Source: the human T2T-CHM13v2.0 reference genome, Homo sapiens
NCBI RefSeq assembly: GCF_009914755.1
Contig: NC_060945.1
Length of the DNA stretch: 64,000 nt
Strand: one strand, 5' to 3'
In this document: piece by piece, positions 26,921-42,249 of the stretch
Layout: every line of letters starts with the position of its first letter
Numbering within the stretch: position 1 is the first letter of the stretch
Position numbers and translations under genes: made by a program
Notes under the pieces: model-generated
Told to the model about the DNA's origin: nothing
Databases searched by the model: none
What the model saw: only the letters and a program-made list of their open reading frames with translations

Positions 26921-27853
26921 CTAAGACTCTATAAAACAGCCAGATGAGTGGTCCAATCCCCTTTCCAAATAGCTTTGGTTTCAATTTTATGTTTGTTGGC
27001 TTGGGGTCCGTCCATCTGGGTCATGTATTGGGCCAGTGTGGGATCTCAGGCATTGTTACTGGGTTCGCACGGCTGTTCCCTAACCTAACATGGCAGCATT
27101 AGATGCCAGCACTTTGATCCATGCACACACACAGGATATAGACATAAGAGCTTCCCAAACCAACTGGAAAGAGTCCCAGTGGGAATACTCCACGACATAT
27201 TCATCAAAGTCAAATGCAGAGCAAATTGACCTGGCTCATTAATTATGAAAATTCTCTCACAAAGTGACATGTTGCTAACTATGTGGAAGCTTAGCACATT
27301 TTCACGTGGTTCTTTTTGTCTACTTGGATCCAAAATGTCACATTTAGTAATGCGTTGAGGTTTTCTTTTCCTTACTTAGGAAGAAAAAGCTATTTTATGC
27401 CGAACCCACATCTAAATATATATACTCGTGTGTTTACATATGCCCACTATGTGGATAGAGGTAGCCTGTTGGTAAGAAGGAAGTTTGCTATGCCAGAATT
27501 TGTTTTACAAAGATATATAGAAGGAATTTGAAAAATAAATGTTGATTATTTTAAAACCCTTGAATCTATGTTGAGCGCCTGTCCCCCCTGGACTAACTGG
27601 GCAAATTCAGACATCATATGAAAACCTGGCCTTATTTCTCTACATATGTTGGCTAAAGCAGTGAAAAGAACATGGGCCTCTCTCCACCATCACTGAAAGG
27701 AATTTCAGTTCCTTAGGTCTTTCATTTCCTCTCTCAAAATGTAGGAATGAGAACTTTCAGAAGCTCACAAAAGTTACCCTTCTATATTCAGGCCTTTTAT
27801 CTAAACTGAGATGGTCATTATGTACTGCTTGACTTTTAAAAGCTCCTAAATGT

Positions 27854-28148
<295 letters not shown>

Positions 28149-28209
28149 GCTCCTAAATGTGCCTACTGAATCTTATGACAATGCCTGATCATTGAAAATC
28201 CTTTCTGGA

Positions 28210-28590
28210 TCAGTTAGGTTATTAGTTTGGCTATCATTAAAAAAGGTCAAAGTAACAGTAACTTAAATTGATAATAGTTTATTTATTTTAAATATGGTCT
28301 AATCATAAATATTCAAAGTGTTATAACACTCCATAGTATCAGAGTTCCCGCTCTTCCTGTCCTGCTGTTCTGCCATCCAAAACACATAGCACGTGCATAC
28401 CTGTGCATACCTAAGCCTGTGCATAGAGGCCCCACAGCAACTCTGCACATAGCCCTCAAGGTCACATCCCACGGGCCATGTGGCAGTTCTTGCTGCAAGG
28501 GAAGCTGGGAAACATAACCTTTGTTCTGGGCTGCATTGGACTCAACTTTACTAAAGGAAAGGGATGGCTGAGACCAGCCATGTCTGCCAC
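28210..28590 (-). mobile_element. Old MLT1 LTR relic
   Basis: ggtcacatcccacgggccatgtggcagttcttgctgcaagggaagctgggaaacataacc. Confidence 0.55.
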
Positions 28591-29926
28591 AGCCTTCTTT
28601 TCATTAAGGTGCAGCGTTTCCCTAAGTATTGGCACAGAGAAGGCACAAAATAGATATGTGTTCAATGAACAAATAAACAAATGAATAAATAAAATTCTTC
28701 AGGGAATGCTTATCTGAAAACAGACATGAAAACAGTTTGCTAGGATATTCACGGTTGGTTGTTTTCATCAATTTCTCAGAGGAGAAATTTAGTTTTTATT
28801 AGATCATTAAATCAATTTAAACAGACATATATTTGTATATCAGCATCAGGAAGAGCAATGTAAATGTCCTACGGGTGACATCATCATATTCTTCCCCAGC
28901 ATTTCTCAAACCTATCTAGCCATGGAACCCTTTGTCAGAGAACATTTACTAATGATTTACAAGACATTCATGAAAAATACTCTCCTGCCTAAAATCTTAG
29001 CAGAAAAATAGAATTCAGCCATTTATCCACTTAGGATAGGACCATAAAGAAGTCAATATACATGTAAATAAACTACATTTTTTTAAAGCAACAAGAGAGA
29101 AGTCTTTTCAGCACATACTATTAACAGTCCCATAGTATCTTCCAATGGCTGTGAATAACTAGTAGGTTGACCTGCCACCTTACATAATGTCTTCATCTCC
29201 CCAGTAATTTCCCAATAATCCTGGAGTACTGGAAATGGAAGACACCTTAAAATGGTATCAAAGCCATTCGTCGGCCTTCAGATCCTAATGTCACTAAACT
29301 AACTGAGAGAAACCAACATCAGAGCAAAACCTCATGACATGAGCTCATTCCTACACAGGGTCTGGAAAACATCACTTCCACTTTAAGTACACACTAAAAA
29401 AGGATGATGATTCAGACAGACAATCTTAGCTGCACTGCGCGGGTGGACAAGGGGATTGTAACCAGCCATCCAGGAAATCTGGCATCTGTCCAGAAAACAA
29501 GTCTAAATTTTGAAAGGTCTCTGCCTAACACATTCAGTTTATGTCCACAGGTCTCTGAGGAAGTGCACTTATAAAGAGGAGATGACTACGTTAGAAATTA
29601 TGACTGAGGCAGCTTTTGCGCTGTAACTCTTGCTTAAAAGGGAAGTACGCCAGTTCCCCTTTGAAACAGTTTCTAAGCAGCAGGTGGCTACCACCAGGAA
29701 GCCAGGCACACGATGCAGCAGTATTGATATCTGGCTGTGTTGTACAGATCTTCCCTTTATCCATTCGAAGGATGTGAAAGCGAGGGCAGAGGGTAGAATT
29801 TTTAGCTGGTAATGGTCTCTTTTAATCAAAGAACTCAATAAATTACAAAGAGACTGAGTCACTTGTCCTGTCTCAAAGAAATGTCATAAGAATAGCTCAG
29901 GGCAGTAAAGGAAGTTTAATTAACGC

Positions 29927-30296
<370 letters not shown>

Positions 30297-31539
30297 CTAA
30301 AATAGGTTGGGACAATCTATTAGCCAACTATCTACACTCTCCCACCATAGTTTTCATTATTGCATTAATGAAAGCTGAGTCTCCAGAAATTAAAAAAGAC
30401 TGTTTCTCAACCTATCTAAGCTGCAATCCGTTTTAATGAAGCTAAGTATAGAGACAGAGGGAACCTAGATAATAATAGAAATAACTGTGCTAATGTTTAA
30501 AAGAAGAAAAGAATGAGGTTAAGGTTAATTGCAGTAAATAATAATGAAAAATGTGTGTTATTCAATATAGTCACTAAAAGGATGAAAATATTTTCAAATA
30601 TGACTCATTCCAGTTGAAACAGGAAGGGAAGTAAAAGCATCAACATCTGACAAGACATTAAACTCCCTAAGTCAGAGCAGCGCTGCCCCTGTGGGGAAGA
30701 AACTATCCTCCTCCCAATGGCACAGAACCAACTCACTCAAGCCAGGCGCCTCTGGAGAAAGTCACTGAATCACATATGTGTGTGCACACACACACACGAC
30801 AATAGCCAGCCAGAGAGTGAGAAAGAAAGAGGGTATACTGACCCCTAAAGGACCAAGGCAGACTGTAGACATCTTTCAAGAAGGAAAGGAATGAAGAAAA
30901 AAAAAGGCAATAGATAATTTAGCTCAAAATCATGTTGGGAGAGGGTTGACCAGTTCTTGGACCCAGGGATCTTGAGAGAAAGAGTAGATGAGCCCAAATG
31001 TCCTCAGTAGGCACTTGAGGTAAGGAGCCAAGAGCTGACTTAGAAGGAGAAGGAAGGAGGACCCACAGGAATAATAAAGCAAGAAGGAGAGCACTTAAAT
31101 ACACCACATGTCTTCAAATTCGCAGGCCCTAGGGATTTGTAACTTGTTACAAAGTTATTTCTGAAGGCTAGAAAAATGTACAGAAAACATATGCTGCTTC
31201 AAAAGTGGGAGTGGAGAGAGTGGGAGAAAGGGATGACCTGCTTCTGTGAATAAATGTTCCTATTGTAATTCCTTAACTGGCAAAGTACTTTTGTGTAAAT
31301 GATACTTTGTAAACCCATAGGCAGAAACCTAGCTGAGAAATAATCAGCACAAATAGGCAGAGTACAAATGCGTATTTATGCAACTTTCTCGGTTTTTTAT
31401 TTCTTAAAAAAAAGCACTAAACTTCACATTTACAGAAGAATGAAAGGCGTGTCATTTGTTTTAATTTTTTAAGATGTTGATTTAATCTAATCAAGATTTT
31501 GGTGCAAGTGGAATCAACTACCTTAGGAAGGCAGATAGA

Positions 31540-32455
31540 ATTAGAGTCTTGATGTGCAACTCAAATCTAGATGTTTCCTCCTGACTTTCCCCCAGCTCAG
31601 CCTCCTCATCCAACTGCCATTGGACCCTCCACCTTCCCAGACTGAACTCAGTACTTCCCCTTCCTTCACTCTATCTCCTCTTCCATTTTCATCTCTCCTT
31701 CTCCTCTCAACCCTCTTGCACTCTTTCCTAGACCTCAGTTAATGAAGTCGGCATCCATCCAACCTCCAACGCAAGAAATATTTTGAAAAACCCCTGCTTG
31801 AAATAAATGTCACTTCCTTCACTTATAGAATAAAATCCAAACTCTCCCAGCATCATAGAGAAAAGTTCTTCACATATAAGTGCCCATCTACCTTTCAAAC
31901 CTGTCTCCGCTCCTTACCCTATGCTCCCAACACACCCAATTATCCTCCAAGCCCCCAAATCCAATCACATTCCCTTCATCTGGGGTGCCCTCCAGGTCTT
32001 TGCCCGGGGAAATGCTATCCACTCCAAGACTCAGCTGAAACACCACCTCTCTGTGAAGACATCCCTAACTCCCCAGGCATAGTCTGTACATCTCTCTTTT
32101 ATCCCTCTATCGCCTTGGGTTAATATAATAGTGTTTCCCCTGTTTCTGGTAATTGATCTGTTTTTAAGACTCTCTTCCTGAGTGGAAAGCAAGAAGATAT
32201 TGCCTTCATCTTTGCATGTGAGCACTAAGCACCTTGGTCACCTTACCTAAAGGGAACACGCTTCCTGCTATGTTTTTCTCCCTAGCGCTACCATATACTT
32301 GCTTGTTTACTTGTTTATTACCTGTCTCCCTCCACTGGACTATGAACTACATGAAAGCAGGTATTTTTGTCTATTCTGCTCTCCTCTGTAGCATCAATGC
32401 CCTGAATAATGCCTGGCACATGATAGGCACTTAATACATATTTGCATGAACGTGG
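31540..32455 (+). mobile_element. L2 fragments
   Basis: caactcaaatc..., tagaataaaatccaaactc, aagactcagctgaaacaccacctctctgtgaag, gcctggcacatgataggcacttaata. Confidence 0.75.
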
Positions 32456-32905
32456 ATCCAAAATGACTTAGAACAGTGTCTAACACATTCAACATACAAG
32501 TACCTCCTACTCCCTAGAATTTTTCTCAGTATTCCTCCAATTCTCCCTCCACCTCCTCTGCATTCCTACCATGACTACATGAGGTTCCACAATACTTGGC
32601 ATTTCATCCATTAATGTATTTTAATCTTGTCTTTCTAAGGAGATTATAAAAATCCCAAGGACAGGTGCCACGTCTTTTAAGAAAGTCAATGTTAAGTATA
32701 ACTCATGCTAGGCACTTCCATGCTTATTGGATCACTTAAGTTTTTTTCCCAAACATCCTGCAAAATTATTTTAGTATTCCAGGTTGACAAATAAACTAAC
32801 AGAGGTGCAGATCTACCTAAATTCACATGGCCTTTAAGTAGCTATTCAAATCGGTTTTGACTCTAACTTTTATGTTCTTTCCAGTACTTCACACCGCATC
32901 TGTTA

Positions 32906-33587
<682 letters not shown>

Positions 33588-34099
33588 AGCCCATTGTTAA
33601 ATTTTTCCAAAGCTATAGAAAAGCCAAAAGGAGAAAAACAATCACCCACAAACTCATCATCCAAAAGCAATCACTATTAACATTTATTCTATGATCTGGT
33701 CTTCTTTAACTTTGCATATTTTTAAATAATTGTAATTAGACTGGAAATACAAATTGGTTACACCAGCTTTTCAATTAATATTCTTAAGTTTGTGTACCAT
33801 TTTAAAATTAATATTATAATGATATGACAATTACTATTTATCCATAAGGAGAAACTTTTTCACGTATTTTTCAAAATGTTTTCCCTTGTGAAAAGAAGAA
33901 AAAAACTTTTCCCTTGTGAATTGTCTATTCTTTGCCTACTCACTATTTCCTTGCACATTATATAAAGAATATTCTTTTTTATCCATTTTTTGGAATGATT
34001 TTCTATGCTGTTTCTCAATTATCTCACCCAGTAAGTACCTACCATTGTGCTGAATACAAAATTAGTGTGACCCAATATTGATGATCAATCATTAAAAAT

Positions 34100-34632
34100 C
34101 ATTCACCCAACCGAATGATCAAGGTTAACATCAGCGGTATGAAGTCATGTTGACATCACATGCACCTGCCATGAGGCAATGAAAAGGGCACTTCATCTTC
34201 ATGGTATTCTTCCCAGAAACCCAAAACCCTGGTCTAATCACAAGAAAACATCAGACACATGCAAATGGGGAACATTCTACAAAATGTCTAACCAGTCCTC
34301 TTGAGAAATGTCAAGGTCGTAAAAAACAACAAAAGACTGAGAATCTGTCACAGATTGGAGAAGACTAAGGGGCTGTAATGACTAAATGCAGCATCGTATC
34401 CTGGATTAGATTCTGGAAAAGAAAAAAAGTCATTAGTAGAAAAACAAATCAGAATAAAGTCTATCGTCTAATTAATAGTATTGTATCAATGTTGAGTTCT
34501 TACTTTTTATAAATATGCCACTGTTATGTAAGAGGTTAACATTAAGGAAAACAGGTGAAGAGTATACAAAAAGCTCTCTGTACTGCCTTTGCAACTCTTC
34601 CATAAATCTAAAATGATTTCGACATTAAAAGG
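34100..34632 (+). mobile_element. L1MC4-like 3' region
   Basis: caaggttaacatcag...aaaacatcagacacatgcaaatggggaacattctacaaaat...tttgcaactcttccataaatctaaaat. Confidence 0.85.
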
Positions 34633-35106
34633 TGGGTTTTGTTTTTAATGATTCACTCTGGATGCATAACTAGTGGCATTTCACAGACAATCGCACCTTT
34701 ATCCAACACAACCTTAACCCTTTCATCAACAACCTTAAATTACAAAATAAAAGAAGTATTTATTGAGTTCATAATAAATTAGAAGATAGCTAAGACCCAG
34801 AAACAGAGATTACGTATTGAGTGTGAGTTTGCTGAGCTAAAAAGGAGATTGACAACAACAAAATTAGGTCCATATGACAGGTCAAAATCATGCTCTCTAA
34901 GCAGAAAAAGTGGACCACACAAACTAAAGACAAGTTCCCCCAAGGTGGCATGGTATGTTGGAAATATCCTGGTTCTGAAATTGAGTCACACAACTGCCAA
35001 TTTCCTGTTGGTTAGGAACCTTAGGAAAGTAAATAATCTTCCAGAGTCTTGGTTTCTTCAAATTTAAAACTGAAGTGGTAAGGTTTATTTTATGAAACTG
35101 TGGAGT

Positions 35107-35240
35107 AGGGGGTCAATCAACTTTTTCTGTGAGTTAGGAAATATTTTTAGGCTTTGTAGATCAGACGGTCTATGTCCCAGCCATGTAACTCTGGTGCTAT
35201 AGCTCAGAAGAAGCCACAGACAACGTGTGAACATGCGGCC
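35107..35240. mobile_element. MER58A-like hAT fragment
   Basis: agggggtcaatcaactttttctgt...aatatttttaggctttgtag...gaagccacagacaacgtg. Confidence 0.7.
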
Positions 35241-35538
35241 TGGGCCTTAAAGAAGAAAGTAGCTGGGGAGTAAGTAGAAAAAGGAAGAAATTAATAGCTT
35301 CCATATGCCACAGAATTCACCCAATGCCATAGCTGGGATCATGCAGGAGGAGCACTGTGGTCAGAGATCTCTATTTCCAAATGTGAATATTGTTCACAGA
35401 AAGGATATGCTATCAGCACTTTGGGAACAAGACAGCTGTAACATGTGTTTGCTGTGTTATTTAAAAATATTTAGCACAACCATAGAAGACAATACAAATA
35501 AATAAGAAGGATGAAACTCAAAGGATATATTACTTAAC

Positions 35539-35790
35539 CGTAATGGCTAATTTTATGTGTCAACTTGACTGGGCCAGAAGGTGCCCAGACATTTGGTTAA
35601 ACATTATCCTGGGTGTTTCCATGAAGGTGTTTTTGGAGGAGTTTAACACTGAACTTAGTAGACTAAGTAAAGCAGATTTCCCTCCCTCATGTAGGCGGGC
35701 CTCATCCCATCAGTCAATGCCCTGAATAGACAAAAAGGCCAACCCTCTCCCAAGGAAGAGAGGACTCCTCCTGCCTGACAGCCTTTAAAC
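35539..35790 (+). mobile_element. MLT2 (B/C/D-like) LTR, 5' part
   Basis: gtaatggctaattttatgtgtcaacttgactgggcc...gtgcccagacatttggttaaacattat. Confidence 0.85.
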
Positions 35791-36399
35791 TATTGTCTTC
35801 AATGTTGAATAGAAACATTGGCTTTTCCTTTCTCAATGGCATGGTCACAGACACACTTTCAAACCACTACATTGTGATTCTTTTATTAGACTGGGAATAA
35901 AATGTGTCCTTCCTGGTGAAAGAACATAGTTACAAGGGCCATGCCAAAAACACTTCCTTGAGATCCCCAATTGCAAATCAGGTAAACCTCACATGTGTCA
36001 CCTGCATTAAACCCACCAGTGATTGGAGGAGAGTGTCACAGTGAGCAATGGATGTCTTTAGAAACACACAGGCGGCCTCTCACGGATGTCTCCAAGTGAT
36101 AGAAGATGCTATAAATATACACGAGGGTATGAAAAAGCAGCCTTTGCTGACAGAAACCCTCAGGGTTAAGCTGTCAGAAAATAAATGATACTGGTATAAG
36201 GCAAGGAGAACTTGTTTGCAAAACAGAACAACCTGAGTTTTCCACCTCTGACATGGACTTATCTAAAAAGATGCTACATGAGAAATACTTCCGAGAATTC
36301 TGATAGTATCCTAATTTCAGAGACCCTTGATCCAGCCATGAGTTTATAACCAGAAGGGTGAAGAACTCTTCCTGAGAAAGGTTGCATTTTGCTTCTATG

Positions 36400-36850
36400 T
36401 CAAGAAGCCATTCGTCCTCCCTTTAATTCCAATTACAGAAATTCATGCTAAGAAATGAAACAGAGATGTGAGAACAATGCATCTGTAACAGTGTTTATTT
36501 CAGCATCATTTCTGAAAGAAAATTTGAAACAATATCTAAGTGTCCATTGATAGAGAAATGATTAAATATTAATATTAAATGATTAAATATGATTAAAAAT
36601 GCAGCATAGGCAAAAGGTAGAATAGTATGTTGCTGTCAAAAATCAGTTTTTGAAGAGTAATGATCTGGAATACAGTATGTTCATTACATAATATAACGTT
36701 AAAAGGAGGATGTAAAGTTATACATTCAACATGATTTCAGTTTGATCTCTAAAATGGTAAGAATTCTTGTTTTCATAATACTTTTCTGTATTTTCCAAAT
36801 TTTCTACAATGGAAATCCATGACTTTTATAATCAGGGGGAAAATTATTAT
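36400..36850 (+). mobile_element. L1ME-type 3' relic
   Basis: tgtttatttcagcatcatt...ctaagtgtccattgatagagaaatgattaaat...ttttctgtattttccaaattttctacaatg. Confidence 0.7.
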
Positions 36851-37570
36851 TCAAAGAAATGGATTTGTCCCAAAGAAAACTCCCCCTTTTCAGTGACAGT
36901 ATGGTTCCAATAGCCCAGCACATGGATAAGAGAAGTGACTACAATAAAGATTACCATGATCCCAACCTCTAAAACATTCTCTCTCCGTGCCTCCTCAGCA
37001 AGGTATCCTCCTGCTAAAGGCAGTGTCTACACCCGTAGGGGGAATACTATTACAGACACTCTAGAGAACCAGGCCAACAGTGACTTTTCAGTTACATTAA
37101 CGGCTCAAAGTTTGACCACAAAGCAGCATTAGCAGAGTGGGTTCTGTCTATTCAACAACAGATGATCCTGCCTCCCAATTATCACAGATAAGCCATTCAG
37201 CAAATGCACCATCAACCCAAACAATACTTGCAGGGTTCTAGCACTCTGTGCGATGAGTATTCAGGCGAACGGCTAAAGTTCGTGTCTGGCTAATTTTAAA
37301 ATGTGCTGACTATAAAATTTTCCCAGTATTGCCAGTATAGGGAAGAGCACCTCTCTAATTAAAACAGCTCCTCTGTTCTCTGTTTCTTCTTTCAATGACT
37401 TAACATTACCATCGCCAGCTTTGTCTTAGGTGTACAACAGTCTAGAGTACTTGTAACTGATGCCCAGTGAAAGGGCAAAACTGAGCCGTTCAAACGCTTC
37501 ACAGCCTGAGCGGTTGTGTCTGCGTGCATTAATGAGCATGCATAGTAATGGAGATTTAGCGTGGATACAG

Positions 37571-37588
37571 AGGGACATCTAGTGACCA
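37571..37588 (-). promoter_or_regulatory. Candidate CTCF motif
   Basis: Minus strand TGGTCACTAGATGTCCCT, close to the CTCF core CCACYAGRKGGC. It lies in a repeat-free, locally CpG-retaining segment. Confidence 0.4.
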
Positions 37589-38263
37589 GCTAAGTAAAAA
37601 ACACAGTGCAGCCTGCAAACTACATGGAGGCGGCCATGGATCCTTCACCTAAAGTTGTGCTTTATTTGATGAATAAGTATTGAACATCTATTATGTCCAA
37701 GGCACTGCACTAAATTTAGGGGTTACAAAGAACAAGACAAAAATCCTTCCATGAGAGACAGGATTTTCCATAATTTAAAGCTGATGGAAAAACATCTCCT
37801 TAAGTAATGAGTAATTTTTCTGTTGTCTCTATTTATGAAAGGCAAAACGAAATTTCACACTCAAAAGAGAACATCCCTCAAAGGAAACCCAAATTATTTG
37901 CTTTCCTATTGTAAGATAATTTTCCAAAAGCACTAGAAATAAAGTAATATTCTATGTCAGCAATTCCAAACTTGCAATACATGCAACAAGTTTTTTCTTT
38001 GATTTGTGTAACAATTTCCCATATTTCTTCCCGAACCCAAAGGGATGAGTATTATAGAACAGTGTTCTCAAAATAAATTAAAACAAACTTAGCCCTGATA
38101 ATTTTAGAAATTAACTTTATCCTACTCTTTAAGTTAATCAGTCCCAACAGGCTCACAAACTAACCAAAAGTAAATACAAAACTGGAAAATGCTGAATTCA
38201 AGCCCCAAAACTACTATCAAAGACACGAAAGCAGGAACTTTTCTCACCTAACATCCAAAGGAA

Positions 38264-38265
<2 letters not shown>

Positions 38266-38303
<38 letters not shown>
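38266..38303. repeat. (TG)19 microsatellite
   Basis: Direct inspection. Confidence 0.95.
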
Positions 38304-38307
<4 letters not shown>

Positions 38308-39309
38308 AATCCTTTACTCCCCACCACCACTAAAAAAATATTAATATGTGAAAGTTTTGGAATGTATTTTATTTTGAATATCATAATGTTTTGCATACAT
38401 AAAATGGCACATTGCAAACCACACTATCATGCACTTCTTTTCTGTTATAAGAGGAGGAAAACAATTAAATATTGCTGTACATGGAGCACGTCAAGAAGTT
38501 TGTGAGCAATCCTAGAGAGGGTCGAGTGCCTTTCTTCTGGGAAGAGCCAGTGACAACCCAAATCACCGGGTCATGTAAGACCCATGAAAGTAAAAGCAAC
38601 TCAACTCAGAGTTTATTTTATTTGAGGTTTTTGGTGAATAAGAAATACAGGATATTGCCATTATCTTCAAAGTGAAGACTAAGCAACATTAAATTATTCA
38701 GTAAACGCAGTAAGTAAAAATAAGCTCCAGTTCTACCTTACATACATTTCAGAAAAAGACGCTATGATGAGGGTGGTAATCAGGATAAAACAGAGACCAT
38801 GAGACCAATGTGGACCTTACCATGAGCCACATGCCCTGAAGGTAGACTGGCTATCTTTGGGAAAATCTCAACTCTTCAGATTAAAAGGGTGAATGAATAT
38901 TTCCAGGATTTTTAAATTAAATGTGTTTAGCTATGGCCATTGATGCCTTTTTGTCCTCATTCATTTTCTTCCCAACCTTTAGGGTTACTCCTGCAGCCCT
39001 CTCTAAGCTGCATTGGCCTCTCTCACCCCAGCAGCCCTGTAGCAAGCCCCACAGTCCCATGCTGGCCAGAGGAAGGCAAGGGGGCTCAGCCCATAAAACT
39101 TCATGACTGTCTCAGCTCTGCCTCTTTCCTTCTGGCCTTTTCTATAGTCATGGCTCTCAAATAGCTCACCTGTCACCATCTCCTTCCGACAGTGTCTTCC
39201 AGATGGCTTTGAATACCAGTACCAGGCCAGGCTGAGCCCACAAAGGGCACCAACCAGATAGGCCACTGAGATGGGGCCGGGGTCAGACCTATTGGATCCA
39301 TGCATGCTG

Positions 39310-39893
39310 TATACACATTGGTGTGCACACACACACACAGCATGAGCAAGCACGAACACACACACCCCAACTTACCTCCTCGTTACACATTATACGCCTG
39401 CATGCACACACATACACCCCTACTTACTTACTTCCTCATTATACATCACACATCTGCACACACACACAACCACTACTTACTTCCTCATTACACATCATAC
39501 ACCTGCGTGCACACACACACAAACTTACCTCATTACACATCACACATTTGCACACACACACATCCCTACTTACTTACCTCCTCATTACACATCACACATT
39601 TGCACACATACACATCCCTACTTACCTCCTCATTACACATATCTGCACACACACACACCACTACTTACCTCATTACACGTCACACATCTGCACACACACA
39701 CTTACCTCCTCATTACACATCATACATCTGCACATACACACACACCACTACTTACCTCCTCATTACACATCACACATCTGCACACACACACACACCTTCC
39801 CACATACTTCCTCATTACACATCATACACACACACACATCCCTACCTGTGTACCTCATTACACATCATATATCTACACACTCACACACACACA
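39310..39893. repeat. Compound minisatellite, unit about 37-50 bp (CTTACCTCCTCATTACACATCACACATCTG(CA)n...)
   Basis: About 11 imperfect units. This array produces the spurious His/Thr-rich 207 and 192 aa ORFs. Confidence 0.95.
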
Positions 39894-41104
39894 GCCTTTG
39901 ATAAGAAGAATTGTATGAAATAAATGAACAACTGGTGGCCACTGTCATTAAACCAAGCTTGCTCACCCCTGATTTCAACAGTGTCGGCTCCCCAGAAAGG
40001 AGGCCAGGTCAATGCTGCCGTGTCAGCAGAAAGGACAGTGTGCTTCCAGATGAAAAATACCCAGAGAAATTACAAAGACAGTTATGGTGATTAATCAAAT
40101 TGGAAGACTTAGAATTTACCTTCAAACAGGATTTCTCTCATGCCTCTATTCACAACAGCATAAGAACGTACACATCGGGACAGAACAGTGGCCCAGCAAG
40201 ACCTCCATCCAGACAGCTCCAGCCTGTCCTCTTGTCACAGGCCCCAGCAAGGATCTCGTGCCACTCCTCCCCACCTCTCCTGGGTCTGCACCCAGTGCTC
40301 TGTCATCCTGGTAGACTGTAGTTGGGGTGGCCATCACCCCATTGGCCAGGACAATCCCAGTTACTCCTATTGCCCTGGCATAATTGTTATTAGCACTCTC
40401 TTTTTATTCTGAAAAGAGCTTTGGTCTGGATAATATGTTACATAGCAATTTACCTGTCGGAATGTTTTCTCCACCAACACACCTTTCTTACCTGTTCAGT
40501 TGCAGCGTCAGTGTAAGCACGGGACGCAGATCCTTGCATAGCCCCGTGATTATATGTTGGCCCTGTCCGTGGTTCCCAGAGGTCATTGTGGACACCTTGT
40601 AGGCCATGTACTTGTTGTCCAAGGTAAATGGATCACACGTGCCTTCTGCCTTTTACCTTCCACCTTCAATCATGTTGAACTCGAATCTGCATCAGATACA
40701 CAGGTGAGTGAATACTCAACAAGAGAGAACTCTAATGTATTGAAGCCTATCAATGGATCCATAATAAAAATAATTATCTGTAAGGTTAAGGAAGATATTC
40801 AGCTACTCAGTAGTAAGTAATCACTGAAACCTTTTAAAGAAGCTCAATTCAAAATTCAAATGGGGTGAAATCCACGAACCTCTTTATTTACTCTTAATAC
40901 TAGTAAATGTAGAGAAGGGCAAAGCATAGTTCACATGAATTATTAGAACTGACATTCAAGTGTAAATAAGCCTTTTATTTATAAATGTCATCAGTATTCT
41001 GTTCAAGTGTGTCATGAACCTGTCACCTCATGACAGACACTCAGCAAGTACTTGTTGGCTCATTTATTCGCAGAACAAAACCATTTCTCAGGCTGCATTT
41101 GCAG

Positions 41105-41325
41105 GCAGCATCGCAGGTGGTGATGAGGTCAGGTGGGGATCAGACACGCCTCTCTTAAAGCCTGGCTCTGCCTTATTAGCTCTTGACTTTGAACAGTCCC
41201 TTCACCTCTCTGAGTTTGTTTCCTGCCTTTGAGTAGGGATCATAGCAACCAATCCCCTAGCATCATTATAGTACCACGTTTAAAGTCCTTATCACAGTGC
41301 CCGGCACTGAGAAAGCTTTCAATCT
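41105..41325 (+). mobile_element. MIR
   Basis: cctggctctgccttattagc...cttcacctctctgagtttgtttcctg...atcacagtgcccggcac. Confidence 0.75.
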
Positions 41326-41344
41326 TTATTTTTACCTAAAAAAT

Positions 41345-41880
<536 letters not shown>

Positions 41881-41884
41881 TGCC

Positions 41885-42249
41885 ACTATGGTTTGAACGT
41901 GTTCCCTCCAAAATTCAGGTGTTGAAAGTTAACAGCCAGTAAAATGATATTTGGAGGTGGGGGCCTTTAAGAGGTGATTAAGCCATAAGAACCCCTTTTT
42001 CATGAATGAGTTTAAGGCCCCGGAGGCTTCACACAGCAGTGTTTGTAACTTGCTCTTCTACCTTCCACCAAGTGAGGACACAACTTCCCTCCCCAACAGA
42101 GAGTGCAGCCCTCACCAGACAATCCAACCCACCAGTGCCTTGATCTCGGACTTCCCAGCCTCTAGAACTGTGAGGAAATAAATTGCCGTTCTTCATAAAT
42201 TGCCCAGTCTCGGGCACTCTGTTTTAGCAGTACAACATGGACTAAGATA
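41885..42249 (+). mobile_element. MST (B/C/D-like) MaLR LTR
   Basis: ctatggtttgaacgtgttccctccaaaattcaggtgttgaaa...ttcccagcctctagaactgtgaggaaataaat...ggactaagata. Confidence 0.88.

Noticed and set aside
39300-39923. 207-aa and 192-aa His/Thr/Leu-rich ORFs, the longest in the window
   Set aside because: They are translations of the CA-rich minisatellite, which lacks stop codons by composition. No domain resemblance.
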